Source: Candidatus Binatia bacterium (lineage in GTDB: Bacteria; Desulfobacterota; Binatia; Bin18). From it: 64,000 nucleotides of DNA. Within the stretch, counting starts at the first letter, position 1, and each line of letters starts with the position of its first letter. Positions 1 to 10,267 of the stretch are shown here, piece by piece. Location of the stretch: NCBI GenBank assembly GCA_963666315.2, contig CAXXHG010000027.1:1-64000 (forward strand). The letters are read 5' to 3'. The notes under the pieces are model-generated. The model was given only the letters and a program-made list of their open reading frames with translations. It ran no database searches and was not told the DNA's origin. The translations under genes were made by a program, and so were the position numbers.

Positions 1-806
<806 letters not shown>

Positions 807-936
807 CAGTTTGTCAATACCGATCCGATACGTGTCATTCTGAGGAGCCAGGCGACGAAGAATCTTTCCCTCTTGTACGTCTAAGAGATTCTTCACCTTC
901 GCGTTGCTTCGGTTCAGAATGACAGACCTCTACACG

Positions 937-2283
937 CTAGGATCGCAGCGCCGCGATAAGCGCGTCCTCCGCCAGTGTCTGCTGTTCCCCAGTCGCCAGG
1001 TTCTTCAAGGTATAGGTTTGGCGTTCGACCTCGTCAGGCCCAAGAATCAGGACGTAGGGAATCCGCAGACTATCAGCCGCAGAGATCTGGCGGCCGAGCT
1101 TACTCTGTTCCGGATAGACGTCAACCGTAATACCTGCCTGACGCAGGCGCGAGGCAAGTCCGACCGCCTGCGGAAGTGGCGTATGCGGCAGGATGCAGAC
1201 CATCACCTGTGCCGTCAGTTCCAACGCGGGAAACAGGTCACGCTCTTCCGTTAAGAGCAGAATACGTTCCAAACCAAGGGAAAAGCCGACGGCTGGAACC
1301 TGCTTGTTGCTAAACATACCGACCAGGTTGTCGTAGCGTCCCCCACCACCCAAGGAGCCACTAAAGTCTGTGGAGACGACTTCGAAGATTGGGCCGGTAT
1401 AATAGCTCAGACCACGGGCAAGCGCTGGAGCCAGGCGAATGTGTGAGCCAGCCGGTGCGTCGCTAGTCAATAATAGGAGGGTTTCGATGTCATTGAGCGC
1501 CTGTTGCGCCTCGGGCTGAGACAATTGACCTCGTAAAGATGCCAGTATGCTGCCATTGTCTGCTCCTGTGGTACTCGTGGTCATACCGAGCAAACGTTGG
1601 GCTGAGTCTTGAACAATCCCGTGTTGAATGAGTTCTTCCTGAACGCCGTCAACGCCGATTTTGTCCAGCTTATCAATGGCCATGAGCGCCGAGCCTTCCA
1701 GGCTGAGATCAATGGCCGCAGCTTCAATCATGCTGCGCAGGAGCACACGGTGATTGAGAGCGATCGTAAAATTCGTAAAGCCTAAATCCAGTAAGGCGTC
1801 ACTAACCGCATTCATGACCTCAGTTTCTGCGAGCAGCGAAGTCGTGCCGGTCAGATCAACGTCGCACTGATAGAACTCACGGAAGCGGCCTTTAGCCGGG
1901 CGATCCGCTCGCCAGACCGGCTGAATCTGATAACGCTTAAAAAAACGGGGTAAGCTGTTCCCATACTGGGCGACAACGCGAGCCAACGGTACCGTCAAAT
2001 CATAGCGCAGCCCAAGCTCGGCTAAGTCCCCGGCTTCAGTTGACTCTTTTTCGAGTGCGCGGCTGAGTTTATCGCCCCGGTGGAGAAGTCGAAAGAGGAG
2101 TTGGTCGCCTTCCTCCCCATACTTGCCTAACAGAGTCGTAAGATTCTCGATGGCCGGAGTTTCGAGTGGCAGAAAGCCATAGCGCTGGAAAACACTCTCG
2201 ATCTTGGCCACAACGGAGCGGCGTTTGCCCACGGTCTCAGGTAAATAATCTCGCATGCCGCTGGGCGGCTTGGTACTCGGCAT
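937..2283 (-). CDS. hisS: Histidine--tRNA ligase
   Basis: LRYDLTVP, RADRPAKGRFREFYQCDVD, RGLSYYTG, GGGRYD motifs. Confidence 0.97.
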   Translation of the reverse strand: MPSTKPPSGMRDYLPETVGKRRSVVAKIESVFQRYGFLPLETPAIENLTTLLGKYGEEGDQLLFRLLHRGDKLSRALEKESTEAGDLAELGLRYDLTVPLARVVAQYGNSLPRFFKRYQIQPVWRADRPAKGRFREFYQCDVDLTGTTSLLAETEVMNAVSDALLDLGFTNFTIALNHRVLLRSMIEAAAIDLSLEGSALMAIDKLDKIGVDGVQEELIQHGIVQDSAQRLLGMTTSTTGADNGSILASLRGQLSQPEAQQALNDIETLLLLTSDAPAGSHIRLAPALARGLSYYTGPIFEVVSTDFSGSLGGGGRYDNLVGMFSNKQVPAVGFSLGLERILLLTEERDLFPALELTAQVMVCILPHTPLPQAVGLASRLRQAGITVDVYPEQSKLGRQISAADSLRIPYVLILGPDEVERQTYTLKNLATGEQQTLAEDALIAALRS

Positions 2284-2389
2284 AAGGCGTCCTTTAGCAG
2301 TAGGTATCTATAAAGAACTGTAACTGTTTCCATAAAAACTGTCATGGCCGGGACGGCCGAGAGCCCTACCCTCCTTGCTCGACACCTCT

Positions 2390-4312
2390 TTAGATCCGGA
2401 CCGCAGCCTGGAGAGCTTCGCGGCCTTTGTCAGACAAGAAGAGCTGACGCTCCCATATGCCGGAGCTGTGCACCTGGCCAAGTCGTTCCAAGCGACTTAC
2501 GACCACTCCGAGAGTGGAGGCATGCGCATCGATTGCTACGCCCAACGTACGCAGAGTCTGGGAGCCTGTTTCGATCTGCCTGAGGACTTGAAGCCCTAGC
2601 GTGTAGACTGGGGATGGAGCAGATGCAGACTCCCTACTTCCTTTATGATCCTCCAACCGTTGCTCTCCTTGGGGAGTGAGTTTAAGCGTGAAAAAATCCG
2701 GACCAGACGTAGCCTGACGCTCGACCAAGCCGGCCCCGACAAGCTCTTCGACCAAGCGGTTGCCGTACGCGGCATCCATTTCGAGAAAATCGGTCAGCTC
2801 AACCATCTGGGTGTAACCGTGGTGGAGTAGATCCAAAACACGTTCGTAGCTCTCTGTCAGGCTGACTTCCGGCCGGCTGGTGTATTGATTCGCCTGGCGC
2901 GTGGTTACTAACGAGATCAGCACGATCAGTGGCAGGGTGACCGCCGTTCCAATAATAACCGTATGGGTTGACCAGGCAGTAATTCCAGTCAGCTGCAGAG
3001 CCTCATAGACGAGCATGACTATCATCCCCAGGAGCGCGCCCCAAAACGCTCCAGCTGCGGTCATACGCGACCAGCGGTGCCCGAGCAAGAAGATTAACGC
3101 AGCCGGGCCTAGCATGGCGCAGCTAATAGCAAGCAGCAAATAGGGCCCGCCGGGGTAAAAACTCAACAGCCAAATGCCCCCTCCGGTTACCACGGTGAGG
3201 ATCCGGCTTATGCGTAAGACCTGCTCACTCGTTGCCTCGGGGCGTAGGAAACGCTGGTAGAGGTCGCGCACCACGGTCGAGGTAATGCCCAGGTGGGCGT
3301 TACTCGTGGTTGAGATGGTGGCAGCTAAGGCGGCGATTAATCCGCACAGAGCGACTCCAGGCGGGAGGCCTCGCATCAACATACCATATGCACTCATGGG
3401 GTTGGCCCCGCCGAGAAAGGCGTCTCGATACACACTCCCCGCGTACAGTCCAAGCACTCCTAAAGCCCCGTGTACGACCAGGACGACCAAGAGCCCGCCA
3501 ATAATATACTGCCAGCGTGCGACAAACTCGGTGCGAGCGGCTGCGGCTCGCAACCAGTAGTAGTTTCCGCCCCACTGAATAAACATGCCGACGACGAGTG
3601 AGACGGTGATAATGCTCGGATAGCTCAGCCGCAGCCAGGGAAAGGTACCGGCGGTTCCCTGGGTCAACGGGGCAGAGGAAACAAACTGAGCCTGAAGCAT
3701 GTCCCAGCCCCCAAAGGTCCACACACAGTAGCCGACCAGAGCTGGCAACAGGATGAAGCCCAAAATGACCTGCACGACATCGGTGAGGGTCAACGCCCAT
3801 AATCCGCCGAGCAGCAGAAAGATCAAATGACCTGCCAGGACGAGTGTGACCATTAGCCACATCGGAGCCTCAAGAAAACCGATCATAATCAGCGCCATAG
3901 CCATGATATTCATGGCCACCAAGCCGGTCACGCCGAGCAGCGTGGCCACGCTCACCACCAAGCGGGTACGGGCATCAAAGCGCATCTCCAGCCACTCGGG
4001 CAGGGTGTACGCACCAGAGCGGCGAATGTAAGGGCAAGCCAGCAGACCGTATAGCCAATAACCAATGACCATAGGAAGACTAATCCCCCACACCCAGCCA
4101 AAAAAGCCGTACTGTATGGTCAAGCCAGGGATAATGCTGGTCACACTACCGGCGAAAGCGATGCCGCAAATCCCGGCAATGCCAGGGATAAGGCTGACCT
4201 GGCGGCCGGCAAGCAGATAATCAGCATCCGTCGAAACCCAGCGTTTTGCATACCAGCCCAGAGACCATAGAATGATGATCAAAATGAGGACGGCCAGGCT
4301 GGATATAAACAT
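2390..4312 (-). CDS. Sodium:solute symporter (SSS/SLC5) with two C-terminal winged-helix (MarR-like) segments
   Basis: DYLLAGR, YTLPEWLEMRFD, GGLWALTLTDVVQ, RDLYQRF motifs; many TM helices; soluble tail with GLVER..LKLTPQG and RLERLG..LFLSDKG. Confidence 0.85.
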   Translation of the reverse strand: MFISSLAVLILIIILWSLGWYAKRWVSTDADYLLAGRQVSLIPGIAGICGIAFAGSVTSIIPGLTIQYGFFGWVWGISLPMVIGYWLYGLLACPYIRRSGAYTLPEWLEMRFDARTRLVVSVATLLGVTGLVAMNIMAMALIMIGFLEAPMWLMVTLVLAGHLIFLLLGGLWALTLTDVVQVILGFILLPALVGYCVWTFGGWDMLQAQFVSSAPLTQGTAGTFPWLRLSYPSIITVSLVVGMFIQWGGNYYWLRAAAARTEFVARWQYIIGGLLVVLVVHGALGVLGLYAGSVYRDAFLGGANPMSAYGMLMRGLPPGVALCGLIAALAATISTTSNAHLGITSTVVRDLYQRFLRPEATSEQVLRISRILTVVTGGGIWLLSFYPGGPYLLLAISCAMLGPAALIFLLGHRWSRMTAAGAFWGALLGMIVMLVYEALQLTGITAWSTHTVIIGTAVTLPLIVLISLVTTRQANQYTSRPEVSLTESYERVLDLLHHGYTQMVELTDFLEMDAAYGNRLVEELVGAGLVERQATSGPDFFTLKLTPQGEQRLEDHKGSRESASAPSPVYTLGLQVLRQIETGSQTLRTLGVAIDAHASTLGVVVSRLERLGQVHSSGIWERQLFLSDKGREALQAAVRI

Positions 4313-4329
4313 CGAGTTTCTTGCTCCCC

Positions 4330-4938
4330 TTATGCCTCTTTTTCGTCCGGCGCCGGAACCTCGTGTAACCGGGCCGTCGTGTCATTGTCGTACTCCAGGT
4401 GCAGCGCCCGGACAATCAAACCATGCATGCGCCACAAACCGCTCACGACGAATACTTCGAGGATCTCTGGATCAGACAGCTGTTGCTGCAGTGCCGCAAA
4501 GGTTGCATCCTCAACCCGGTTGAGGGTTAAGATTTCGTCCGTTGCTGCCATGGCGGCGCGTTCAACGGGCGAAAATACCTCACTGGTTGTCCAGCCTTTA
4601 ATGGCCGAAATTTTCTCTTCAGGCACGCCGACCATACGAGCGACTTTGCAGTGCTGGGAATACTCAAACTTTGAGTCTCCGACGATAGCCGTTCGTAAGA
4701 TCACCAACTCGCGCAACTGCGGATCAAGTTTGCGCCCTGGCTGAAGCAGAGGAACCAGCGTGTTATACGCCATCTGCATCAAATCGGGCACGAGGGCAAA
4801 GGTCGTCCAATAATCTCCCGGCGTGCCGGTAGCAGTGCCTGGCTCAGCAACAGGGTCGCGGTCGCCAAAAAATTCTTTGTACAGTTTTAAGACTTCCGGC
4901 GGTGCTTCCGCCTTTGGAACCTGAGATAAGCGTGTCAT
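4330..4938 (-). CDS. Carboxymuconolactone decarboxylase/AhpD family protein
   Basis: LDPQLRELVILRTA..SKFEYSQH motif. Confidence 0.85.
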   Translation of the reverse strand: MTRLSQVPKAEAPPEVLKLYKEFFGDRDPVAEPGTATGTPGDYWTTFALVPDLMQMAYNTLVPLLQPGRKLDPQLRELVILRTAIVGDSKFEYSQHCKVARMVGVPEEKISAIKGWTTSEVFSPVERAAMAATDEILTLNRVEDATFAALQQQLSDPEILEVFVVSGLWRMHGLIVRALHLEYDNDTTARLHEVPAPDEKEA

Positions 4939-5051
4939 AGTGTCCTCCTTTTCTTGTGTGCTGATACCGCAAGGAAGCAGTAGCGCGCAAGGAGCGTTTC
5001 TTTACGCCGGATTCCTTATTATTGACAGGCTGCAACCCAGTTGGAGAGTGT

Positions 5052-5185
5052 ATGGACTTTGATGATGTTTTAGAACAAGTCCGCAAATAGTTAACCCTGT
5101 CTACAACTGGTTCACCGAGGGCTGGGCTACTAAAAACTTGCAAGAGGCAAAAGCGCTGCTGGAAGCTTTATCTGAAACGGGCTAA
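5052..5185 (+). pseudogene. Collapsed adenylate/guanylate cyclase-AAA-TPR gene (N-terminus joined to C-terminus)
   Basis: MDFDDVLEQVRK* followed in another frame by NPVYNWFTEGWATKNLQEAKALLEAL, resembling both termini of this family. Confidence 0.7.
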
Positions 5186-5212
5186 GCTAAACCCAAAGAA
5201 GAGGTCTAGCTC

Positions 5213-5527
5213 GTGCTTGCCGCAGATACCGCACATATACGCCTTGATGGAAGAGGTGTTGCCTGGCTTGATGAAACGAATGTGAAAGTCATCGAGGTCG
5301 TCTTGGACAAAATTGCCTATGGCTCGAGTGCTGAAGAAATCCATTTCCAGCATCCTCACCTTTCCCTATCCCAGATTTATGCTGCACTTTCCTACTATTA
5401 TGATCACCAGGCTGACCTCGATGCTGAGATAGAACGACGGCTTCAAGAGGTTGAGACCCTGGCTGCCCAAGCGGCACCGCGTTCACCTATACGGCCACGA
5501 CTACGAGCAGCAGGCAAGTTGGGGTGA
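5213..5527 (+). CDS. DUF433 family putative antitoxin
   Basis: SAEEIHFQHPHLSLSQIYAALSYYYDHQ. Confidence 0.9.
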   Translation: MLAADTAHIRLDGRGVAWLDETNVKVIEVVLDKIAYGSSAEEIHFQHPHLSLSQIYAALSYYYDHQADLDAEIERRLQEVETLAAQAAPRSPIRPRLRAAGKLG

Positions 5528-5876
5528 GCATCGCTTTGTATATGGATGTCCATGTGCATCGTGCATTTACAGTGGGTCTTCGATTACGCGGGGTGGATGT
5601 AGTCACCGCGCAAGAGGATGAAGCAGGTCACTCTCGGACCCAGAGCTCCTTGATCGTGCAACCGCGTTAGATCGAATTCTCTTCAGTCAGGACGACGACT
5701 TACTGAGCGAGGCAACGAAACGGCAGCACCATGGAGAGCCTTTTGTCGGAGTCATCTATACGCATCAGCTTATAGTCTCAATTGGCCGGTGTATTGGGGA
5801 TTTGGAACTCATTGCCAAAGCAAGTGAACCTGAAGACTTTATGAATTGGGTCGAATATTTGCCACTGACCAAATAA
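5524..5876 (+). pseudogene. DUF5615 PIN-like toxin, frameshifted near 5630
   Basis: VSIALYMDVHVHRA..LRLRGVDVVTAQED, then shifted frame SDPELLDRATALDRILFSQDDDLL; overlaps DUF433 stop. Confidence 0.8.
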
Positions 5877-5909
5877 CCTGGCTCACGCTCTATTTAAGGA
5901 GGGACCTGT

Positions 5910-6971
5910 ATGTCTACCCAATATGTTTACGCTGGTGCGTCGCAACTCAAATCAAAGGGAAACGCCGCACCTCGGAGTGGTTTGTGTCGCCAGGCCATTG
6001 GGGAATCTGAGTGGCACGTGCTCGGTAATGGTCTGCCTGAGCAGGCGGAGATCCGAGCTATCCTTGTCCACCCGGACAATCCGCAGACTCTGTACGTTGG
6101 TACCCAGCACGGGCCGTACCGCAGTACGGATGGAGGCGAACACTGGCAGCGACTGGATTTTCCAGATGCGGGTATGGTGGTGTGGTCGTTGCTTTTTCGC
6201 CCCAAGGATCCGCAGGTCCTGTATTGTGGAACCGCGCCGGCTGCGATCTACCGGAGCGACAACGGTGGCGACAGCTGGCAGCGGCTGACCTTTGCTGAGC
6301 CGGCAGGCATGGTCGAGATGGGCTTCCCGTGTCGTACCATTCGTCTGGCCGCTGATCCCAACAATCCGGATGCTATCTACGCTGGACTAGAGGTTGGTGG
6401 GGTCATTCGTAGCTTAGACGGGGGAGACACGTGGGACGACTGCACTACAGAACTGCTCCAATTTGCAGAAACCGATCATCTCAAGAGTCGTATTCTGAGT
6501 AAAACCGATGCCGAAGGCATGATGGACACGCATGCCTTAGCGTTGAGCGCAGCGCAGCCAGGCAGGGTCTTCCTGGCAACGCGCATGGGCCTCTTCCAAA
6601 GCACGGATCAGGGCCAAACGTGGTCCGATCTGGAAATCTGGCGTTCTTCTCCATTGGCCTATGCGCGCGATATCAAGGTGGCTCCCAGCGACCCCAACAC
6701 GCTGTATTCTGCCCTGAGTCCTGGGGCGCTTACGTTGAACGGCTCCGTGTATCGCAGCTCAGACCTGGGCAAAACCTGGCAGCGGTTTGATCATGGTATC
6801 ACTGCACACAGTACGATGATGACCGTTGCGCTGAGCCGCCACGATCCGCAGCTCGTGTACTGCGGGACACGAGAAGGGCAAGTGTTTGCCACGCAAGACG
6901 GCGGAGTGAGCTGGGGCGAATATGTGCTGCCGGAGGGGTGTCAGAACGTCTACACCTTGGTCTGCGGGTAA
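5910..6971 (+). CDS. BNR/Asp-box beta-propeller (VPS10/YCF48-like) protein
   Basis: Repeated RSxDGGxxW Asp-boxes. Confidence 0.85.
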   Translation: MSTQYVYAGASQLKSKGNAAPRSGLCRQAIGESEWHVLGNGLPEQAEIRAILVHPDNPQTLYVGTQHGPYRSTDGGEHWQRLDFPDAGMVVWSLLFRPKDPQVLYCGTAPAAIYRSDNGGDSWQRLTFAEPAGMVEMGFPCRTIRLAADPNNPDAIYAGLEVGGVIRSLDGGDTWDDCTTELLQFAETDHLKSRILSKTDAEGMMDTHALALSAAQPGRVFLATRMGLFQSTDQGQTWSDLEIWRSSPLAYARDIKVAPSDPNTLYSALSPGALTLNGSVYRSSDLGKTWQRFDHGITAHSTMMTVALSRHDPQLVYCGTREGQVFATQDGGVSWGEYVLPEGCQNVYTLVCG

Positions 6972-7156
6972 AAAAACCTGCGGCGCTTTGGGTAACGGCG
7001 TTCCTCAGCGGCTCGAAATCCTCATATACTTTTTGTACATTCCTGTCCCTCGCCGCCTCGCGCCTTATTCTCCTTGCGCTCGCGACGGTTTTTACGTGAC
7101 CTCAGTCGCTTTCCCCGGATTCCACTTCGTTCCACCCAGGCCACAAGTACTTAGAA

Positions 7157-7200
7157 ATCCCCTTTTGGGAGGGGTGCCGCGTAGCGGCGGGGCGGGTTAC
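7157..7200. repeat. REP-like palindrome (CCCCTyyyyGGAGGGG family)
   Basis: atccccttttgggaggggtgccgcgtagcggcggggcgggtt; related copies near 15474-15585 and 23949-23988. Confidence 0.6.
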
Positions 7201-7311
7201 GTGTTGATAACTAACCACTTAAAAGTCTTGTAGAGTAAAACTCTGTGCGGTAAAAATGACACGAGTACGTTTCAGATTCACAACACTGAATAAACGGAGG
7301 GAGTAAAGATA

Positions 7312-8469
7312 ATGGCCACAAACGGAAAGTTTCCCTATCCCGGCGCGGTTGATGCGGACGGCCACATCCTTGAGCCGCCTGATCTGTGGGAAAAGTATAT
7401 CGATCCAAAATATAAAGACCGGGCGATCCGCTTGCGTATAAATGAGGATGGGTTAGAAGTCCTTGAACTCAACGGACTGCCCGCCAAGTATTCACAGCCG
7501 GGGCAGTTGGCCCAGTTCGGCGCGATGGGGAAAAAATCTCAGGCAGAAACCGCCCCCCACCCGGACCGTACTTACGTTGGCGAAGCCCCGTTTGGCTCCA
7601 TGTATCCCAAAGAGCGGCTTGCACGCATGGATCAAGAGGGCTTAGACAAGGCTATTATCTACCCGAGCCTGGGATTGTTATGGGAGACAGAAGAGGTCGA
7701 GGGCCTGGATCTGCAAGCGGCGTACGCCCAGGCGTATAACCGCTGGGTGGTTGATTTTTGTTCTGATTCAAACGGACGGCTGATTCCGATTGCTCATATC
7801 TCGATGGGAGATGGGCATGTCGCGGCTCAAGAATTGGAGCGGGCAGTGACGGCTGGGGCCAAAGGTGCTTTCTTCGTACCGTTTACGCCAACCAATAAAT
7901 CCCACGCCCATCCGGACTACGATCCGTTCTGGGCCAAAGCCCAAGAGTTGGATGTGCCGGTCGGCATCCACCCCAGTGGCGAGCCACCGGCTAAGCGCGT
8001 TCACCAACGCTTCAAAGATATGCAGAAATGGGCCCTGTGGCATTTTAATGTGCATGGTGCCCAGGGGCCGTTGCAGGCATTCACGGCCATGTTCCAGTAC
8101 GGCTTGTTCGAGCGTTTTCCCAAGATAAAAGTCGTGGTGCTGGAATCCGGCGCCGGCTGGGCCGGCTATTTGCTCAACCGGATGGATGCCGTGTTTGACA
8201 GCCCGCTGGGTGACACGGTGCGACTCAAAGAAAAACCGAGCTATTACTTTCATCGCAATTGCTGGATTTCTGGCGATCCAGATGAAAAAGCCTTCGGCCA
8301 TGTCGTCGACTTCGTTGGTGCAGACAAATTCTTTTGGGCCTCAGACTTCCCGCATCCCGACCATCCGGACAATTATATGAAGGAGCTCTCAGAGTTAGTT
8401 GAGCCCATGTCAGCCTCAACACGCCAAAAGGTCATCGGCGAGAACGCGACCCAAGTGTATGGCTTGTAA
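7312..8469 (+). CDS. Amidohydrolase-2 family protein
   Basis: VDADGHILEP, LESGAGW, WASDFPHPD. Confidence 0.92.
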   Translation: MATNGKFPYPGAVDADGHILEPPDLWEKYIDPKYKDRAIRLRINEDGLEVLELNGLPAKYSQPGQLAQFGAMGKKSQAETAPHPDRTYVGEAPFGSMYPKERLARMDQEGLDKAIIYPSLGLLWETEEVEGLDLQAAYAQAYNRWVVDFCSDSNGRLIPIAHISMGDGHVAAQELERAVTAGAKGAFFVPFTPTNKSHAHPDYDPFWAKAQELDVPVGIHPSGEPPAKRVHQRFKDMQKWALWHFNVHGAQGPLQAFTAMFQYGLFERFPKIKVVVLESGAGWAGYLLNRMDAVFDSPLGDTVRLKEKPSYYFHRNCWISGDPDEKAFGHVVDFVGADKFFWASDFPHPDHPDNYMKELSELVEPMSASTRQKVIGENATQVYGL

Positions 8470-8548
8470 GTGTTAGCTCCATATTTTTTTGAACTGTGAC
8501 TGTGTAGAGGCGCTCCATTGGGGCGCTTTTGCATTTAAGGAGGACGCT

Positions 8549-9004
8549 ATGAAACTCGAATATCTGTGTGACTATACCGCCAATTTCATCACCCCGATCA
8601 GCATTGGCAAAGGGCCGCTGGGTGAGCGCATTGTTGCCGATCTCACTGGTGGTCATTTCGAAGGCCCACGTATGAAAGGCAAGGTCCGAGCCAGCGGCGC
8701 TGACTGGGCTCTTGTCGGACCCGACGGCAACCTGCGTCTTGACGTGCGCGCGGTCTTTGAGAGCGATGATGGTGCTTCAATCTATGTGACCTACCGTGCC
8801 CGCATGGAAGCAACCGAGGGCATCCGGAAAGCGCTCGAAGGCGGGGGAGAAACAAATTTCGGCGATAATTATTTTATCTCACAGATTCAGTTTGAGACCG
8901 GCGACGAGCGCTATGCCTGGCTCAATAATCTGATGGCAGTCGGTGAGGGCAAGCTCAAGCCAAACGAAGTGACGTACCGCGTGTATGCGGTTGTGCCGGA
9001 CTGA
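8549..9004 (+). CDS. DUF3237 family protein
   Basis: GGHFEGPRMKG..GADW..LDVR..FETGDERYAWLN; AGGAGG RBS. Confidence 0.9.
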   Translation: MKLEYLCDYTANFITPISIGKGPLGERIVADLTGGHFEGPRMKGKVRASGADWALVGPDGNLRLDVRAVFESDDGASIYVTYRARMEATEGIRKALEGGGETNFGDNYFISQIQFETGDERYAWLNNLMAVGEGKLKPNEVTYRVYAVVPD

Positions 9005-9187
9005 TTGGGCATCCGACGCCCTCTGTTTCCTCGCCCCTTCTGGGAGAGGAGTAAGGTGAGGGGGATCTAAATGAACTTTCTTCTGAGCGACCCTCTCCCT
9101 AGCAGGGCGAGGGAATCCGGCTGTGAATCAGAAAGGCCTTCAGATGCATGATCTTTTTCTCTGCTCGGCCCCTCCTGTGAACGCCGA

Positions 9188-10042
9188 CTACGCCAACAAC
9201 TCTTTTGCTAATCCCTCCAGCTCCGCAATCACATCCGCTTCCTGAGACTTGTTCAGCCAAACAACCGCGTGCTCGGCGCCGGCTTCTTCCAGCGCCTGGG
9301 CATGCTCACGCTTGCGCAACTGGCCTGGCTGACCAAAGGCAGTCACCGAGATCGACTTGGGATCTCGGCCGGCTTGCGTTGCCAATTCGTTCAAAGTCTC
9401 TCGTCCTTGTCGAATCTCATCCGGCGAAGTACTGACCGGCATCCAGCCATCGCCCCATTCAACCGTGCGTTTAAACACATTCTTGGCTGAGCCACCTAAA
9501 ATCACCGGTGGGTGCGGCTTTTGAGCCGGTTTGGGAAAGCACTTCACCGCGGGAAAGTCATAATACTTCCCGTGATACTCGGACTCGTCTGTCGTCCACA
9601 GCTCTTTCATGGCCAGGATCGAGTCGCGCGTTTGGGTCCAGCGGTGCGGGAAATCGCCACCCATAATTTCGCACTCTTCTTTTTGCCAACCCGCACCAAT
9701 GCCAAACAGAAAGCGTCCGCCTGAATAATGATCCAGCGTGGCAATCTCTTTGGCCAGCAACAGCGGGTTGCGTTCCGGCACCAGGCAAATGCCTGTTCCG
9801 AGCTTGATCTTCGTCGTGGTCGCCGATGCCCGAGCGAGGGCAATAAACGGATCGGAGATGATACCGACTGTGCGCGGAATGGGCTGATCCGGTGCCGCCG
9901 GATAGCCAACCGTCGTGTGGACCGGCAGAACCGGATGCTCCGGTACCCAAATAGAGGCAAAGCCCAAGTCTTCAGCCTGCTTTGCAATAATGGCCGGATC
10001 AGCCGACTCTGCGGATGTGAAAAAGAATACGCCAATGTCCAT
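9188..10042 (-). CDS. LLM-class (putatively F420-dependent) oxidoreductase
   Basis: AEDLGFASIWVPEH, LAKEIATLDHYSGGRF, PKPAQKPHPP. Confidence 0.92.
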   Translation of the reverse strand: MDIGVFFFTSAESADPAIIAKQAEDLGFASIWVPEHPVLPVHTTVGYPAAPDQPIPRTVGIISDPFIALARASATTTKIKLGTGICLVPERNPLLLAKEIATLDHYSGGRFLFGIGAGWQKEECEIMGGDFPHRWTQTRDSILAMKELWTTDESEYHGKYYDFPAVKCFPKPAQKPHPPVILGGSAKNVFKRTVEWGDGWMPVSTSPDEIRQGRETLNELATQAGRDPKSISVTAFGQPGQLRKREHAQALEEAGAEHAVVWLNKSQEADVIAELEGLAKELLA

Positions 10043-10198
10043 GTGTTCCCTCCTTACTGATGTCGTACGGTGCTTTCTTGTGTACTCCAAACTGTTGTCC
10101 AAGAAAACCCTTTAGAGGCTTGCGCATCTTCAGTTGCGTATATGCAGGCTGGCCGTTCTCGCGGAATTTTTATCGTGAATAGGAATACTGCAAGGATG

Positions 10199-10267
10199 AA
10201 TTGACATAACTGGTCTAACTATGTCAATTTGATGCGGTCAATTTGACATAACGAGTTTCTTATGTCA
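10199..10267. promoter_or_regulatory. Two tandem TGACATA..TATGTCA inverted repeats upstream of fic
   Basis: aattgacata-N11-tatgtcaatt (10199-10229) and tgacataa-N8-ttatgtca (10244-10267). Confidence 0.6.
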
